Shown here piece by piece: positions 38,301 to 52,706 of a stretch of 64,000 nucleotides of DNA (the stretch's first letter is position 1; every line of letters begins with the position of its first letter). The stretch comes from Chiloscyllium plagiosum (lineage: Eukaryota), in contig NC_057756.1 in assembly GCF_004010195.1 (NCBI RefSeq), positions 3,143,824 through 3,207,823 on the forward strand, written 5' to 3'. Position numbers and translations under genes: made by a program. Under the pieces are notes generated by a model. That model was given only the letters and a program-made list of their open reading frames with translations, was not told the origin of the DNA and did no database searches.

Positions 38301-40082
38301 GAATAATCTCTCTTAGAGCCTCTCAGGTTACATGTATTTTTATGGTCCACACCCATCCAACAGAAATAACTGTGTTCAATTCTTTCCATATTGACGTAAG
38401 TCTGACGTCGTTCCTTCTTTATGTTTATGAATCACTGGCTGTACGTTTCTGGCACCATCTCATAGGCTCTAAAAATAGCCTGCTTGACACCTTCAAAACA
38501 AATTGACCCCACATCTCGAAGCGAAGCAAACACCACATTTGTTCTGACTGACAGTTTATCCTTACCCAGGAAGCCTCGGGCCACTCCACTTGCCTAGCCA
38601 ATTTTTACATTACAAGAAAGAAGGCTTCAACATCTTAGTCAGCAAGTTATGTCAGAGTTTTGTCGCATTTGTATGTATGATTACCATCTCTTTTGATCTC
38701 CGACCTATTAACTTGACTTTGTTTGATGAAGTTGCAACCTCTCAAATTGAAACTCTCTCTCCTTTTGCTCAGCTGAGAACCTTTCCTCTCCTTTTCTTTT
38801 TCTTCTCTCTTCACTCTCTCTTGCTCCCTTTTTCTTTTTCTTCTCTCTCTGTTTCTTTTTCTCTCTCATTCTTTGTTCTCCGTCTCTTTGTTTCTCTTCT
38901 AACTACATATTCTTCAATTTAATTTAAGTTTTTATTCTCGCTCTACTGCACTTATCTGGATCGCTGACACACCTAGGTGTTTGAGTAATTCCCTCACAAT
39001 TGTAGCTTTATGTTTTTCCCTTATAAAATCGAAGCCTAATTTCTTTGTTAATTCGAATAGTGTGGCCTTATCCCTTCCTTATAAACTTTCTTGGTAAACT
39101 TGAGAATCATGTTCAAACCCCAAACCCTCCTTAGCAACTTGAAGAGCCATTTTTCACTCTTTTAATTTAACTAACAGCATGTCACTGAAATTAAACAAAT
39201 TGTGTCAACTACGTTTTATTTAACGATCTAGTATACTAACCTGCAAGTATTTTAATTTACAGGGCATTGTTTATCCTGCAAATCTATTCAAACATGTACA
39301 AATCTCAGACTGGATTGGTCGAAACCTGTTTAAATCACGGACGAAAAGCTCCGAACTATTATGGCACGGGGTAAACACTTTGGTATTTCAGCGCGACACA
39401 CAGAGAAACTCTCCTAGTGCTGTAATTTGTTAAAATCCGAGAGACAAACAACTATGCCAAAGGTCAGTATTTAAAGTAAATATTTGCAGTTATATTCTTT
39501 CTGTCTAATAGAGCACATTAGACAACTATTTACAACTCCTTTCTCTTAAACCTATCTTCACCTCCCTTGGTACAATACTGGCCAATAAACGAAAACCTAT
39601 TTAAATTGACAATTAAAAAATCACATTTGCGAACCACTTAATTTTATTGTTTTTCCTTTGAAGATTTTGCTCTGAGATTTTTCTCCATGTCGGCTTCAAT
39701 ACTGTGCTGCACACATTTTTGTGGACAGATGCATTTTAGAGAGCTCTTAGGCTAGTGGTCTGTACTAGTTGGTTTTCTTGGCAATTCTCACCTAACTGCA
39801 CAAAATGTCCGGTTTTATGCCCTAAAATATGGAATCATTTCACTGGTTTTGTGTTGTCAAAATGCTAAATTCAAAATTGAATGTAGTTTTGGTATCTGGT
39901 GCAAAAATCAAAGTGATTGGACAAATTTGAATTTGTTTTTTCTATCATGGCAACTCAACTGCAAAATTGGCGTTACAGTCAACTGTTACTTTTTAAATTC
40001 TTTCAGCATAATTTATGCCTAACTAAGTGCGTGCTATCTTACATGGTCTCTTAAATGTGCTGTACACACCTACACCGTCACA
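35335..40082 (-). mobile_element. Gmr1-like Gypsy element (5' LTR, gag, protease, integrase, start of RT), 3'-truncated and degenerate
   Basis: integrase HFCWP..CHTCQ..KP..PIPTFEEYFMRVIIDYAGPL (36628-36813) precedes RT start VPIKQYLYR..IIEPSQ.AW.S.IV.VP (35375-35614); degenerate tRNA-Pro-like PBS ~39335-39352; LTR ~39357-40082. Confidence 0.88.
37007..37412 (-). mobile_element. young Penelope 3' fragment (GIY-YIG C-terminus) nested in the Gypsy element
   Basis: minus strand ATKRHDQLSLVAKHADDKQHEF..WDNTTIVGQAKQRTAREFLEAWHSSTDSINKHIDLDPIYRPLQ; GC-richer and little decayed. Confidence 0.88.
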
Positions 40083-40084
40083 CC

Positions 40085-41820
40085 ACTCCTGTCAAAGCCA
40101 TGCTCACTATTCTTGAATAATAGTTGCCTTCTGTGTGGAGTCTGATACTGTCCATTAGGTTCTTTTTTTCTTAAAGAAAGACGCGTCCTTTCTATGTTAG
40201 TCTTACTGAAATTACCGTTTTATTTCTGTTATGTCATATGTGTCTTTTCCGACTGATTGTGCCACTTGATCTGTCTTGCTGAATTCTGGCACTTACTTGG
40301 TCAGAAATGCTTTTAAAATTATTGAAATTATGCTATCATTCTTTCAATTTCCTATTAAATAGCTTTGCATGCATTTAGTTTTAGTCTGGGCACTAATTCA
40401 TGTTTCATTTTCGGAAATCTTTATTATCTCATGCCTGCCAAAGTTAAATTCAACACGTTCATCACAAGCCACACCTGATTTAAACTGTGACGATTTCACT
40501 CATACATCAATGCAGCTGCGGGATGTTCATGTTAAAACCTCACGTGTATCTCATTATTCCACGCATAGACTGGTATTTGTTCACCAGTTGGCTTACTAAT
40601 TGTTCATTTGTCATTATATTCCAACATGCTCATCAAAAAGAAGAACTGCTGTTCCAACATGATCATCCAACCTTTTTTTAAACCAGTGTTGGTTTTTTGT
40701 AGTATCATTTGGGCACTCATCCATACCTTTGAATTTTATTTTTCAGGAATATATGCACTTACTATACATGTATGAGTTCTCCCTTTCAGTCATTGGTATA
40801 TGCGACATGCATCTTTAGTTTTAACTTTCATCTCCAAACCGACATATCTCTAAACTGCTGTTTAAGTGTAGGTCGTTTACCCCATTATCGCATGATGAAA
40901 TTTGACTTTTACTGTGTGTATTTACACACTGAATATTTACTTCTCACCTAATTGATGTTTTTGTACAACTATCTGTCGGGGATTTTGCCTGCTCATCGCT
41001 GATGATATTACTCTTGGCTTTCACATAGTTTAGATGCATAACTTACACGCAACCCCAATCATTTCTCGTTGCAATATTATGTAGTGTAGCACAACGGACC
41101 CTCTCGCCAGCAATGCATGCCCACCAACATATTCATTATGGTTCACGTATTGTTTTGACAAAACACAAACAAAACCGTCAAAGGAGGTAACCTTCGGTCG
41201 GTCTTGTCTGACCTGACTAATAACAGGAAATAGCCAATCGCTCATTGTTTCACTGTAATTTTCATAATTCCCACACGTTTTACTTTCTTTCTCTTCTTCT
41301 CTATCTGAAATCTATTGAATGCCCTATCACTGTGATCTTCCACATACGGCTTTACGTTTGTTCTCAATATATTTAACCTGACGACATTTGTCATGTAACA
41401 CCTTATTACTATTGTCATGTTATCATGACATATCACAACTTTCTTATAGTGACTCCTGTACTTCCACCAAAGCACACATCACCCCCAATACAACCCGACC
41501 TCCAACTCAGCTGAGAATACTTTACTCTCTAATACTGAGCATTCACTCCTACCCATCCTTTGTCGTGTCTCTCCGCGGTTGGACTCTTAAAATTAATATC
41601 GTCTCTCCACGTTATTCAACTCTCTCAACTATGTGCATTCCTGCGGATTGGTTGCACTAAAATATATCGCTCTCCCATTTAGCATATCAGATTTTGCAGA
41701 AATTTATTAGTGAAAGCCAAGAATTCTAAATTGACTGCGACATTCCTGCACACATATTTGTGAATGGAGACTTTCTGGAACTTCACGTGCCATATCAAGT
41801 GATTTTACATGAATAACATG
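40085..41820 (-). mobile_element. old CR1-type LINE fragment (endonuclease/ORF1 region)
   Basis: degraded similarity to the CR1 copies at 7698-10390 and 47390-49080. Confidence 0.55.
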
Positions 41821-42777
41821 GATTAAACTGAAACCAACAGATATCGTGAACATCTGTCCCACTGTTTCTAATCTGCCCTAATAAAAATAAAACCAATGGA
41901 AACAAAGCAAATATTGCTTTGTTACAGTTTCATCATTTTCCCTACTACATTAAGGATTTATTTGTGTAAGTTAATTATTCAAAATTCTTTCTTGAAAAGG
42001 GGAATTAACATGTTTCAAAATTACATATTTATACCTTTTAAAAACATCTCCCATCAGACTTGTGCAAGACCCGCCTTCCACTAGAATTGAATCAGTGTTT
42101 TAAGAATCAAATGGCTCCACCACAAACAACTAAATGAATCACGAGAAAATTAACACAAATGCACAAACTACTGTGGATGTTGCAGATCAGAAATCGAAAT
42201 TGATTGAGGCTCTCAGCAGGGCTGGAAGTATCTTTGTAGATGAAATCGTGTTAATGATTTCGGTTTGAATGAAACTTCAAAAGACTTTCTATGATTTTCC
42301 GTCGAAATCCCTACTTCCCTTTATCTGACCAATAGTCTCGCTTCATTTTCTGACTACACTTGTTTAAGCCTTCGGTGAAACACGACGGAAAGCATACTGT
42401 CAACATAAAATTGAGATGAACAAACTGTGCCTGCCGATGATGCTAATTTACCATGTCACAATGCGTATGCCGGTTAGAATAAAGGCAAACATTTCTGCTG
42501 ATGCAGCCATTCAGTCCTCGAAAGGCCCAGTAAATTCTAATATACTGTAGGAATAAAGCACACTGGACTGAACATTCAATAATATAATTGTACTGTTTTT
42601 TTGTCTGAGACGATGTTTATCTTTTCGAGATAGTATATGGATAGTAATTTCAGAAATTAACCTTGAATGTGGAGAGAACAGTGATGTTACTGTTACAAAA
42701 TAAGAAGTGTTTTATTATGTTCTGATGTTACTTGAGTGAGCGCTTATAAATTATTCGACTATTTAGCGTTATTACAG

Positions 42778-43458
42778 GAGTGAAACGTTCCTCCGAGTTG
42801 ATTAATATCTCTTTCCTATCGATCAGGATTCATGGCCTCGAAATCCTGTCAAATGTCATTTGTTTTCTCTCTCATTTTATGTCTCCAAATTGCAACTTTT
42901 ATGTATTATCCCATGTGTGTTGAAAGGAGACAGTGTTTTATTATAATCATAGATCTCCTTTTCAGTAGGAGTGAAACTTAGAAATGACCTAAATCACAAT
43001 TGATTAGATCGCTAGTGCAGTAATTGTTGTGCATAATTGACAACTTCCCGAACTACTAAAACAGTTTATGTGAATGACGATTGAGCCAAAATCTTTAGAT
43101 GCAATAATTAATTGATCGGAGACCTGGCTTTCTTTTTCAAGTTAACTATAATATTTCAGCTATAATAATCCACTGATTGAATGCACTAATGCATTAATGA
43201 AAGACGTAAATGCCTATATAATTTTGTAGCGATAAAAAATGTTTTATGTCTTCGTAGCTCATGGTTTAACAAAATCAAATCTATATATCTCTGCAAATTA
43301 CCGATAGGAAAGCAAGTTTGACTTACGAATAAAAGCTACTTGATGAGCTATTCTCAAAGCATAACTGCGCATTTGGGACGTTTTCTTTCCTACCTTTTTG
43401 GAATAACTTCAATTTGTTTGTGATTTTGCAGCCAATACCTTGCTGAACAAAGAAAAAG
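42778..43458 (+). pseudogene. collagen-like exon relics
   Basis: acceptor ttattacag; GVK|RSS|ELI|NIS..RIH|GLE..LK|GDS|VLL; ends ...LN|KEK then G/gtaact at 43458. Confidence 0.65.
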
Positions 43459-43674
43459 GTAACTATGTGTACGTACACCAATGCTTTACTTTAGACATGA
43501 TGGCAGCCAAAAAGCTAGTAATGAACAGATTATTGCGCCCTTGTATTAATTGGAAAGGTAGAAACGGCGTCAGAACTGGGAGATAAAATGCTTGCAATAA
43601 AGTAAAAATAAGTTTTATTATTCTAATGTTGGTACTACAATTGCAAGTGCACCTTAAGATTTGTTTCTCCTCAG

Positions 43675-43890
43675 CAACCTAATACTGAAAACGACTAGCA
43701 AAACGTTAAGCTGACGTTATGCAAGCTTGTGACAAAAGAAATCCTAAGGTGATGAATATACTTGGAGTGAATGCAGCGTCTACCGAAACTTCAAAAGAAT
43801 GAATGGAGGTGCAAATTTGATATAAAAAATCGACTACAAAATTGCATTCGATGAACGAGTCTTACTTCATGAAATACATTATTTCTTCCA
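43675..43890 (+). pseudogene. collagen-like exon relic
   Basis: acceptor tttctcctcag; ADV|MQA|CDK|RNP|KVM|NIL|GVN|AAS|TET|SKE|*ME|VQI|*YK. Confidence 0.7.
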
Positions 43891-44059
43891 TGTAAGACAT
43901 AGTTGAGAAAAAAAAGAATAATTTCGTCTGATTTGAAAGTCATATGTGACAATTCTATTTTAAAATACCTAAGAAACGTAAAAATAAATTAGCAATGAAT
44001 TCACGTGAGATATGCAAGCCTAGAATACACTTAAACAATAGAATACAAAACAGTCAGAG

Positions 44060-44890
44060 AAGATTGCTTCTGTACTTTTCGATTTGGATAAGAAAAGCTC
44101 TTACGAGTACAAGAGAATGCATAGATATCGATGCTAACTGCCATGTCTGATATGTGTTTTGGTGCTTACGAGACAGGACCAAAATAACTTATTGAACGTT
44201 GTACATAAAATTATTGTTCCCTGATTCCAAATTCAGCCATGCTTCCTGTTTTAATAGCGATGATGTATTCTTTCGATTGATACAGTCTCCTGGAATGCGC
44301 TACTATCTTCATATATAATAAACCGTTTTCCCAGATTTAGCTATGTCAAACCATAGCAGAAATAGTATACATTAAATGTTGACTATGAATTCCATCCGAA
44401 ATGGGTTATGTTTAGGTTTATCAAGCTGCAGATTCACCATGATCACGTTGGGGTTTTGGTGCCAAAAATGTAGTAACTAATCAATGTTTGCAGCAATTGT
44501 TTGTTATCTTACAGAAATACGTGAATTAAAAAATCCTGTGGATGGCAAAGGTAAGGATAATTATCAATGATTCTATAGACCATTACACTAATGACTTGAT
44601 AAACGAATGAGCATTTGCATCGAAGAAACATGACTATTGTTCGTCAAATACTCAAGATACTGAATATATGCATTATTAAATATAGGTCCATTGGTTAAGT
44701 TTATATATTTATTCGTCAGTGTAATTGACCATGACGAAGTCACAGATCACCCTACCAGCAATTACACTTAATATTCACTTTTACATCAGTTGCTTGATTT
44801 TCCTTCCTGAACACAGGTGAGATGTTGGATGGCAGAATGCAATGAATAGATCGCTGACCAAAAAAAAACTCTTCCCCACAACGTTCAATG
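44060..44890 (+). pseudogene. collagen-like exon relics, including one ending at 44550 and 44817-44890
   Basis: EIR|ELK|NPV|DGK then G/gtaagg, reading as GIRGLKGPVG.KG; GEM|LDG|RMQ|*ID. Confidence 0.65.
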
Positions 44891-46399
44891 GTATCATTAG
44901 ATTCTGACTGAAAACACTAATTCCCATTGAATGCAATCAGATATTTTGTCAGTTTAGCTTGAAAAAACTAAATGACTATAAAGAGAAGTGCAAGTTTTAC
45001 AGTCTTCAAAGTAGTCATCTGTAGCCTACTTTCAAAGTGGTTTTCTAAAGTGTAGTGTTGGTATCAAGTTGTGTACTATTATATTGAAACATTGTTTCCT
45101 CACATGCGATGCAAGTATTCACTTATAAGATGTTCTATGTTGAGCAGTGCAAACGTAAGAAAAACACTATCTCTGACGTGTTTTGATGCTGCATCACGAT
45201 ACACCTAGTATTTGCTTCTAGGTTATGAGCAGTTATTTTGTCCAACACGGTACATCTTAAACACGGAGAACAAAATTTCACATTGCAATCTCGTAGAAGC
45301 CGGGCACAGTTCTGTACAATAACAAGGATTCGTTTCCAATACAATCAAATAGTCTTCACTTAAGGTGAATAATGTGTATTGACAATATTAAAAATCGTTT
45401 TCTATGCCCTCATACGAGCATCAGAGGTTTGTTATTCATGGACAAATGAGTGAATAACTGGGAACATTACATATTAATGGGACTTGACATTTAAAATGAA
45501 AAATGGCTTTCCATTCTGCCTCCAAATTAGTTTCATCTATTCACTACAACATATTCAATCCATCAAATAAATGAACTTCGCTTATTATTTATTACGTTTT
45601 GAGGAAAAGTTGTTTTCCTTTCTGTCGTGTTCGTGCTGATTTGTATATCATGGAATCGTATGCACCTAGATATGTTTCTTCTGCCAAAATCAATGAAATG
45701 ATTGTATTTCGTGTCAGAATTCGTTCTATATTTCTCAGTGCACATGTAAATACAAAATTATCTTTGACATTTTAGACGCTGCATCATGCTACGTCATGCA
45801 TTTGCTTCTAAGGCACGAGTATATATTTTGTCTAAAATGGTAAATCCGGTGCTTGTTAAAGCATTTAGAAACATTGATAACATTCTTGTTACCTGTGTTA
45901 CAAAGCTAAGATATCCGGTATTTCGTCAGTTAATGGAAGAGATATATTAGACTTTTCCCAAACACTGGCCTATATGTGCTTTCTTTCATATCTTGAGCTT
46001 TTGCGTGTTTATTACTCTAACCCCACGACACAGGGATAACGAGACAAATACACTCTGGGTCACTATTGCTGAATTCCCAAGATAGTGAATATTAAACACT
46101 CGATGACTTTTCAGCTTGGTCAAATGTACCTAACTAGTTTTTGGAGGTAACAGTTCGACGATGCAATTTGGAGATGGAAAACACACAGCAGGTTAAGCAG
46201 CAGACTTCATCATCCAGGTAGTTATGCAAATAACACATCCTGGACACCATGTCGTTATCTTAAACAACAAAAACAAAAACAGATTAATTAAAAAGTCATT
46301 TCAGCATAACGAGAATGAAAAACAAGGTTTTTGAGGAAACGTCGTTAATCTAAATCCAATATTCTTTGATCAAAGCCCGCACTCACAGTCAGAGAGAGC

Positions 46400-47385
46400 T
46401 GCAGAAAGTTCATGAAAATATAATTTTTAAAATACCAAAACGGCAACTTTTTAGTTTAATTGAAGTGTTTAAAATGATCAATTCCAATCTTTGATGAATT
46501 CCCTGTCGAAAGTTTTGTTCACAAATAGAAATGAATTGCAAATTTTGCATGATTCCTGAAGTCAGTACTTAGTGCAAATACTTTCTGAACATTTACTTAC
46601 TGCAAAATTCCGTTTTTCGGGAACACTCAAAAATTTGATTATTGGGAAGAATCGCATTGAGGTATTAAGACTTCGAAACCTGACCAGGAGCTGTCCAGAA
46701 TTGCACTGTATTTTACAAAATCGTGTTTTTCTTTGTTGTAACGAAATTTATGGTTTGTCTTTGTTCAGAAGTGACCATTCGACCACCTGCCAGAACTGAG
46801 CTTTTTGACAAATCTGCACCAATTCTAGTAAAGCATACTCAGATCTGTTACAATACTGCAATGCTTTCCAATAAAGTTTCTTCGTCAACAACAAATGACT
46901 TCTGTACATTTTTTTAAAAATACAACCACCTGTTGAACCTTCAATTCTAAGAATCCATTCTTAGTACAAGGCAAGCAAGAGAGGAAATCAATTTACAAAA
47001 AGCCGTCACACGATACCAGGTTAAGTTCCAATGGGTTTTAAAAAGCAACATGAACAAAGTATGATACAGCGTTGGAACAGGCCTAATTGCACACAATATT
47101 CCAACAGTGGTCAAACCAATGTCCTGTACAGACGCAAGATGACCTCCCATACTCTGAATACCAGTTGACCGATTTCAGGAGCGACGTTATAGGAACCTTG
47201 AATGACCAGAAATTTAATAACCTTGTTAAAAACGAAAAACAAAATGCATACAGTGTCCGAGGATGGGAACAGACAAAAGCCGTGAATAATGGAAGGAAAA
47301 TAGGAAATAACTGAAGCAAGGAATTAGAAGAGCTTAAAAGATATACGAGAAGTCAGGATCGGATCTTACAGTCAGAAACTACAGC
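46400..47385 (+). pseudogene. long collagen-like exon relic
   Basis: ORFs 46572-46799 and 47087-47314 parse as EIY|GLS|LFR|SDH|STT|CQN and CPV|QTQ|DDL|PYS|EYQ..DFR|SDV..SVR|GWE|QTK|AVN. Confidence 0.65.
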
Positions 47386-47389
47386 AACC

Positions 47390-49080
47390 CTGTTGTTTTT
47401 ACATCTGCCCCAAATTTATCTACATATTCCCTCCTCTATCCCCCGCTGCATGTTGGGAACTCTGCAGTATACCCACAGTATTGTGATTTCACCTTTTGTA
47501 TTCTTGAGATCTACTCATACTGCCTCGCTGCACGACTCATCTGAAATATCCTTTCTATGTACAGCTAACAGATACTCCTTTAAGAGTAATGCAACTACCC
47601 AAACTGTATTACATCCCTTTCTATCACACCTGAGACAAATAAAATCTGAGACGTAAATCCTGCCACTCCTGACTGTCTTTCTGGCCATGTCACATCCACA
47701 AGGACTTATCAACACTGTGAGTTCTTTCCACATGTTAATTATGTTTCTTGCATTGAAATGCATCAATTTCAGACGTCCTTCACTGCGCTTTTCAATAACA
47801 TTTCCCTGCCTGTACTTGCGCTGGTGCCTACTTCTCCCAAAAGCTATGCATCTACTGGCCTACTGCTCTGGTTTCTATCATTTTGCCACGAGTCTAAATC
47901 TTCTCCAGCTAAACTACTATTCCGCCCCCCCCCCTCACCCAGACAGGATATCTGTCCTGGTCCTGCCAAAGTGGAGCCTGTACAGTGTGTATCTGTTCCA
48001 TATCCTCCAGACCGGTCCCAATACCCCAGGAATCTAAGCCGCTCAAGTAGGCAATTTTTTTCAACCATGTGTTCAACCTTAGTATCCTGCTTGTTCTCCT
48101 CGTACTAGCAAATAGCATTTGTAGTAATGCTGCGATGGCTGCCTTTGTGGGCACATATTTCAGCATGGTTCCTTGTTTTCTATATTGTGTCTTTAAGACC
48201 TCATTCTCATTTTTTAACCTCTGTCGTTAAGACTAACGCATATGACGAGCACTAGCTATTCTCCCTCCATCTCCAGCTGCACAACGTCGTCCAAAATCCG
48301 AGCATCAGGGAGACAACACGCTATCGTGAATTCCCATTTCTGTTCTCAATTATACTTATCTACTTACGACTGACTCAGGCAAAACTGTAATATTTCAATA
48401 AGTACTTTTCTCTCCCTCCGCAGCAAAATCAAACATGATGTGATAAACATTGCAGCTGCTGTTATCTCCTGAGAGGGCATTCCTCTCAAATATGTACAAA
48501 ACGGTATATGTGTTTTGCAGGAGAACAGCCACATGAGTTTCCTGGACTGACTGCTTAACCCTTCTTCTCTTCTAGATGGTCACCCATTCCCTTCCCGACG
48601 GTGGAGTCCGAATCTGTGGTGTGAACACCTCTCTCCACGTGTTATCCACGAGTTTCTCCGCCTCGCAAATGCTCCACAGTGTCCGCAAATGCTGCTCTAA
48701 CCACGAACCACGGAACTCGAGGGGCTGATGTTGGACACATTTGTAGCACAGGTGCACGATGTGGGCATTGGAAATAAGCCTGACTTCCCAAATCAAGCAA
48801 GAAGTGCAGATAGGGATTTGCAGCTCTCCTCCTTTGTCTTAACCCTTAACTTAATTAATTCTTACAATGTTAAATATTATTTTTTTCAGTTCTGATGCTG
48901 TCTGCCATGATAAGTATTACTCAAAACGTACCTGTCAGTCAACAACAGCTGTTTCCGGAAACTGATCAAGACTTTCTCCTTTACGTGTTAGCATCCTTGC
49001 TGCTGACCTTTCGTGTCCAGTCGTTTGTTTCTTCTCTACTGAATTTTGGTTCCTTTTTTTAGTTAGAGAAGGAAGGAGGG
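47390..49080 (-). mobile_element. CR1-type LINE 5' portion (ORF1 esterase-like region and start of the ORF2 endonuclease)
   Basis: MHFNARNIINM.KEL (endonuclease start) and LRFLGYWD (ORF1-like) in minus-strand ORFs. Confidence 0.75.
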
Positions 49081-49084
49081 ATCG

Positions 49085-50582
49085 AAACACTGTGGTGATG
49101 TTATGTTTGGGATTAGCGATTCTACAACAGCAAGTTCTTACATGAGAATCTACATAGCCGCGCTGCTGGCGAAATTCACATCCAGAATTCATATGAGACA
49201 TGTCTCAGCACCCTCAGATTGTGGGGCTGCGAAACTATGTGAATTATCACATATCTGTTGGATGATAAACTGTCGACATGTGACTTCTGACTTTGGCCAC
49301 CTAGTCCAAAACCAGCACATCCACATAGAAATTGTGGTAGCGATGATACGACCTCAAATATAATGGAGTTACATTTCAGTGGGTCGTCTTACCAATATGT
49401 CTTTTTGTAAGACTAACACGACGTAGAATCGATCACAACACATTTCTCCTGGTGAAACCCAAGAATTTCCATCCTACATAGTACAAATTTTGTCACGGCC
49501 AAGTTAACCATTCGATGATTACTCCTGCTTCTCTGCTGGCCGAATATCAATGCTTTTCAATTTCCAGCATGCATGTTTTACAGAAGTGAAACTGTCGCGA
49601 TGTGCAATGCAATATTGAGTGTAAGGGGTGTGTAGGAGACATGGAATCCTTTATTGCATTCCAGCAAAGCTGCCTCAGAATGCTCTAACGCAGTGTTCTG
49701 CAGAGTCATCTCGGCGAGTGCACATAGAACAACTTATATGATACTAAACATCACAGCAGACATCCTAATTTGCAGAATGCACAGTGTGATGGGAAAGTAG
49801 CAGTGGCACCGTACAGTCTGTTCCGAAAGAAATCTGTTTGCATCTCATTATATCATTTCCACTCTGCTCAATGTCAGTTAGTCCACCTGGTAATTCATCA
49901 ACTCCAGCCATAATTGTTCTTTGGTAATAATCTCATTCATGTATAATAGAGTTCCAAACGCGTGCTAAGGATACACTTTCAGACTTTTTTTTCATGAAGA
50001 TGCATGTTCCTTTTTCGTTTCTATAATCAAATATTTTATTCTATATTTCTATCCGGATGAGGTAAAATCGGAAATGGAAATGTTCACTATGATTATATAC
50101 AATGCATTTGACGAAGATAGACTTTGATTTGGAGTACTTGGTGATGTTTAATTTGCTTAATGCATAAGTTAGACATAAGTGAAGTGCTGAGTTTTACATT
50201 TGAAATTGAAATGATTTTCAATGTTCTCTTTGATAGACCATTGGAAGACCATAGCGAGCGACGCTACCCAGCTTGCTATGTTCACCCAGCCTCCTATTTA
50301 TCGACGTTGCATTCCAGCATCTGTAGTGTTTATTGTTACATGTAAACATGATAAAGCGGTAACAGTCAACAGTTTATCTTACATATTTCAGAATTAGAGG
50401 CGCCTCGTGACTCATAACATTTTTTATTCCATTAATTCATTATTGCCCTGCGAAATGTCGACAAATAACCATTCAAAATAGTCCTAGAAAATGTCATGAA
50501 TGCTAAATTCCACACAACCAGTTTACCGGGCTTTTTTGAAATCAACGTGCCCTTTTATGCTCTCTGTGGAATTTGTATCAGC
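49085..50582 (+). pseudogene. collagen-like exon relics (including one starting at 49568, ~49950-50061 and 50392-50582)
   Basis: FYR|SET|VAM|CNA..SVR|GV*..SAH|RTT..RMH|SVM|GK; SLP|GFF|EIN|VPF|YAL|CGI|CIS then gtaatt. Confidence 0.65.
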
Positions 50583-50599
50583 GTAATTGTGATTTTGTA

Positions 50600-51450
50600 G
50601 TCACCTCAGCTTCAGGGCAGTACAGCAGATACTAATTCACATAATTTCCTAAGTCGAACTATCTGGTGTTGTTAACTTAACGGACTCAGACATTGCAATG
50701 TCCAAGTTGGCGATGGCAACTAGTGACCAATGGTTGCCCATGAATCTGCATCATTCATAACTTCTGAGACAGAGTTATTTCATGCCCAAAGCCATAATAT
50801 TCATGTTTGTGTTTAAAAGTGATAAATTAAATGCTCACCAAAAAGAACCAGTGCTGTCAATCCCAAACAATTGTGTGCCTTGAAATTCATTGGAGTTCAA
50901 AGCGTGGACGTCACACTATCAATATCCTAACAAATTTCTCTTCAACAGAAATTGAACTGGAGAAGCCATAAAAATACAAAGTTAGTATGAACAGACAAAA
51001 GGAGATGAGCACTGCAGTCATTCGCTCACCTGTGCAGTTCCCAAAGCATGAAAAATAAATCTGCAAGTTTAATAACAGGAGTGTAATAGAATTGCTCCTC
51101 TTCCTTAAATATCTTGGCCACAACAGCACACAACGACCTTGACACCATGCAGAAAAAATAAACTTGTCAATTGGCACCACAACTGGAAATTTTCGCGCCG
51201 TCCACGACCAGCATTCATCAGCACGAATGTGCATCCTTTACAAAATGCTTTGCAAGCTATGGCTGAACATGCTGAGTCAATACCTTCATCACTCAGCCAA
51301 CTTGCGTGCAAAAGTCAAGAACAAAATCGAATGGCGATACTTACATCTCCAGGTTCCTTTCCAAGCATTCATCACGCTGACTAGGAACAAACAGAGGTGT
51401 TGATCCAACACTTTGATTGTCCATTCAAATACATTGTTGGTTCGACTGGA
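50600..51450 (+). mobile_element. old non-LTR retrotransposon 3' fragment (family of 31692-32680)
   Basis: shared motifs such as ccttgacaccatgcag, aaatgctttgcaagc and catcacgctgactagg. Confidence 0.55.
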
Positions 51451-51699
51451 TCGAACTGAACTGCATTCAAGAAAGGTGCTTCTCATCAAAATCTTAATAG
51501 CACCTGCGGACAGATACTTAATTCTGGTACAACCACCAACAATCATATTATATGATAACAATAAAAGAAGAAGAAAATACATAACTGTAGGATCACAGAA
51601 TTTTGGCAACTCTTTTTGCACTTGTTGGGGAAATTAATTTGACGTGACTCAACTATTAGCAAGAGCAACCAAATATAACTTTATTAATTTTAACCTCAG

Positions 51700-52560
51700 C
51701 ATTGCAGAGGGACCAAATGCACTTGACAAAAATGACTTGTGCAAGGACCCTGAACATAATTAAGATATTCATCTTATACTGTTTCCTATCACGCTCTCAA
51801 TGACAAAGACTGAAGATTTGAGTTGATATTCTTTTCATTCCCTGTTTGTGGAGATACCGTTCTTATATTTTGCTCTTGTTGAAAATTGCAATGTTTCGCA
51901 GAGCCAAGCTATTCCGAGAGTGCAGACTTCAGCAAGGTTGCAAAGTGTCAGAAAGTTCTAAATTTAGTAAAGCATTGTCTTTCAGATTTAATAGTGAATT
52001 GATTTCAGAGTAAATGTTAATTTTGTTAATTTTCCATTACAGCAACCTATGCATGTGTTTTTTTTTAATTAATGAATTGTCTGAGCAACGTCCGCATTGG
52101 ACATTAGTTTCATTGTCTCAGTCCGCATTTGAAGATCTACAGGTAAATTTAATGACTGCTGTCATCTTCTGAATAATAAAACAAAACTTACAGGATCTGA
52201 ACATGTTGCACTAACGTGCAAATTGTCTATGTGTCAGAACCAAAACTACAGAATCCATAAACATGGATGCCTTCAATTGTTTCTGTACATTGTCGGGGCG
52301 ATTTGCCACTCGCTTTCCACTAACTTGTCCGATCTGTCAAACTGAGGATTTTCCTTCTTCATTTTTGAGAATTTGCTTCTCTCGCTATTCACCTACTTTG
52401 AATCTTAGTATTGAATACTTTTACAATTGGCCATGTTTTGGTAATTTCTGTTGTGAAAATATCATTTGTTTGTGATTGCCTTCTCCTGATCAGCGCGTAG
52501 ATATTTCAGATCAAAGAGTTTGGATTTACCCGCGAATGCGAACAAATAAACGAATAATAA
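51700..52560 (+). pseudogene. collagen-like exon relics (51700-51966 and one starting at 52043)
   Basis: (G)LQ|RDQ..RSQ|*QR|LKI|*VD..AIP|RVQ|TSA|RLQ|SVR; P|DQR|VDI|SDQ|RVW|IYP|RMR. Confidence 0.7.
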
Positions 52561-52706
52561 ACCTTAAAATAGTCCTTGTTGTAAAATAGAAAATGATTAA
52601 CTATTCGAATTTCCTGGTAATTTCAAATGTAATGCAATGAAACAAACATAATCTTGCATGTTTTGCTCTATCTGAGAATGATTGTAGCGTTTCTGTATTT
52701 ACACAG

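Noticed and set aside
33059..40082. The two related LTRs as the ends of one full-length Gypsy provirus
   Set aside because: They are strongly diverged from each other, the internal part stops early in RT, and collagen relic sequence lies between 33850 and 35330
50237..50357. Exon-like HWKTIASDATQLAM segment
   Set aside because: Its core (cagcttgctatgttcacccagcctcc...ttccagcatctgtag) matches the short palindromic shark repeat family
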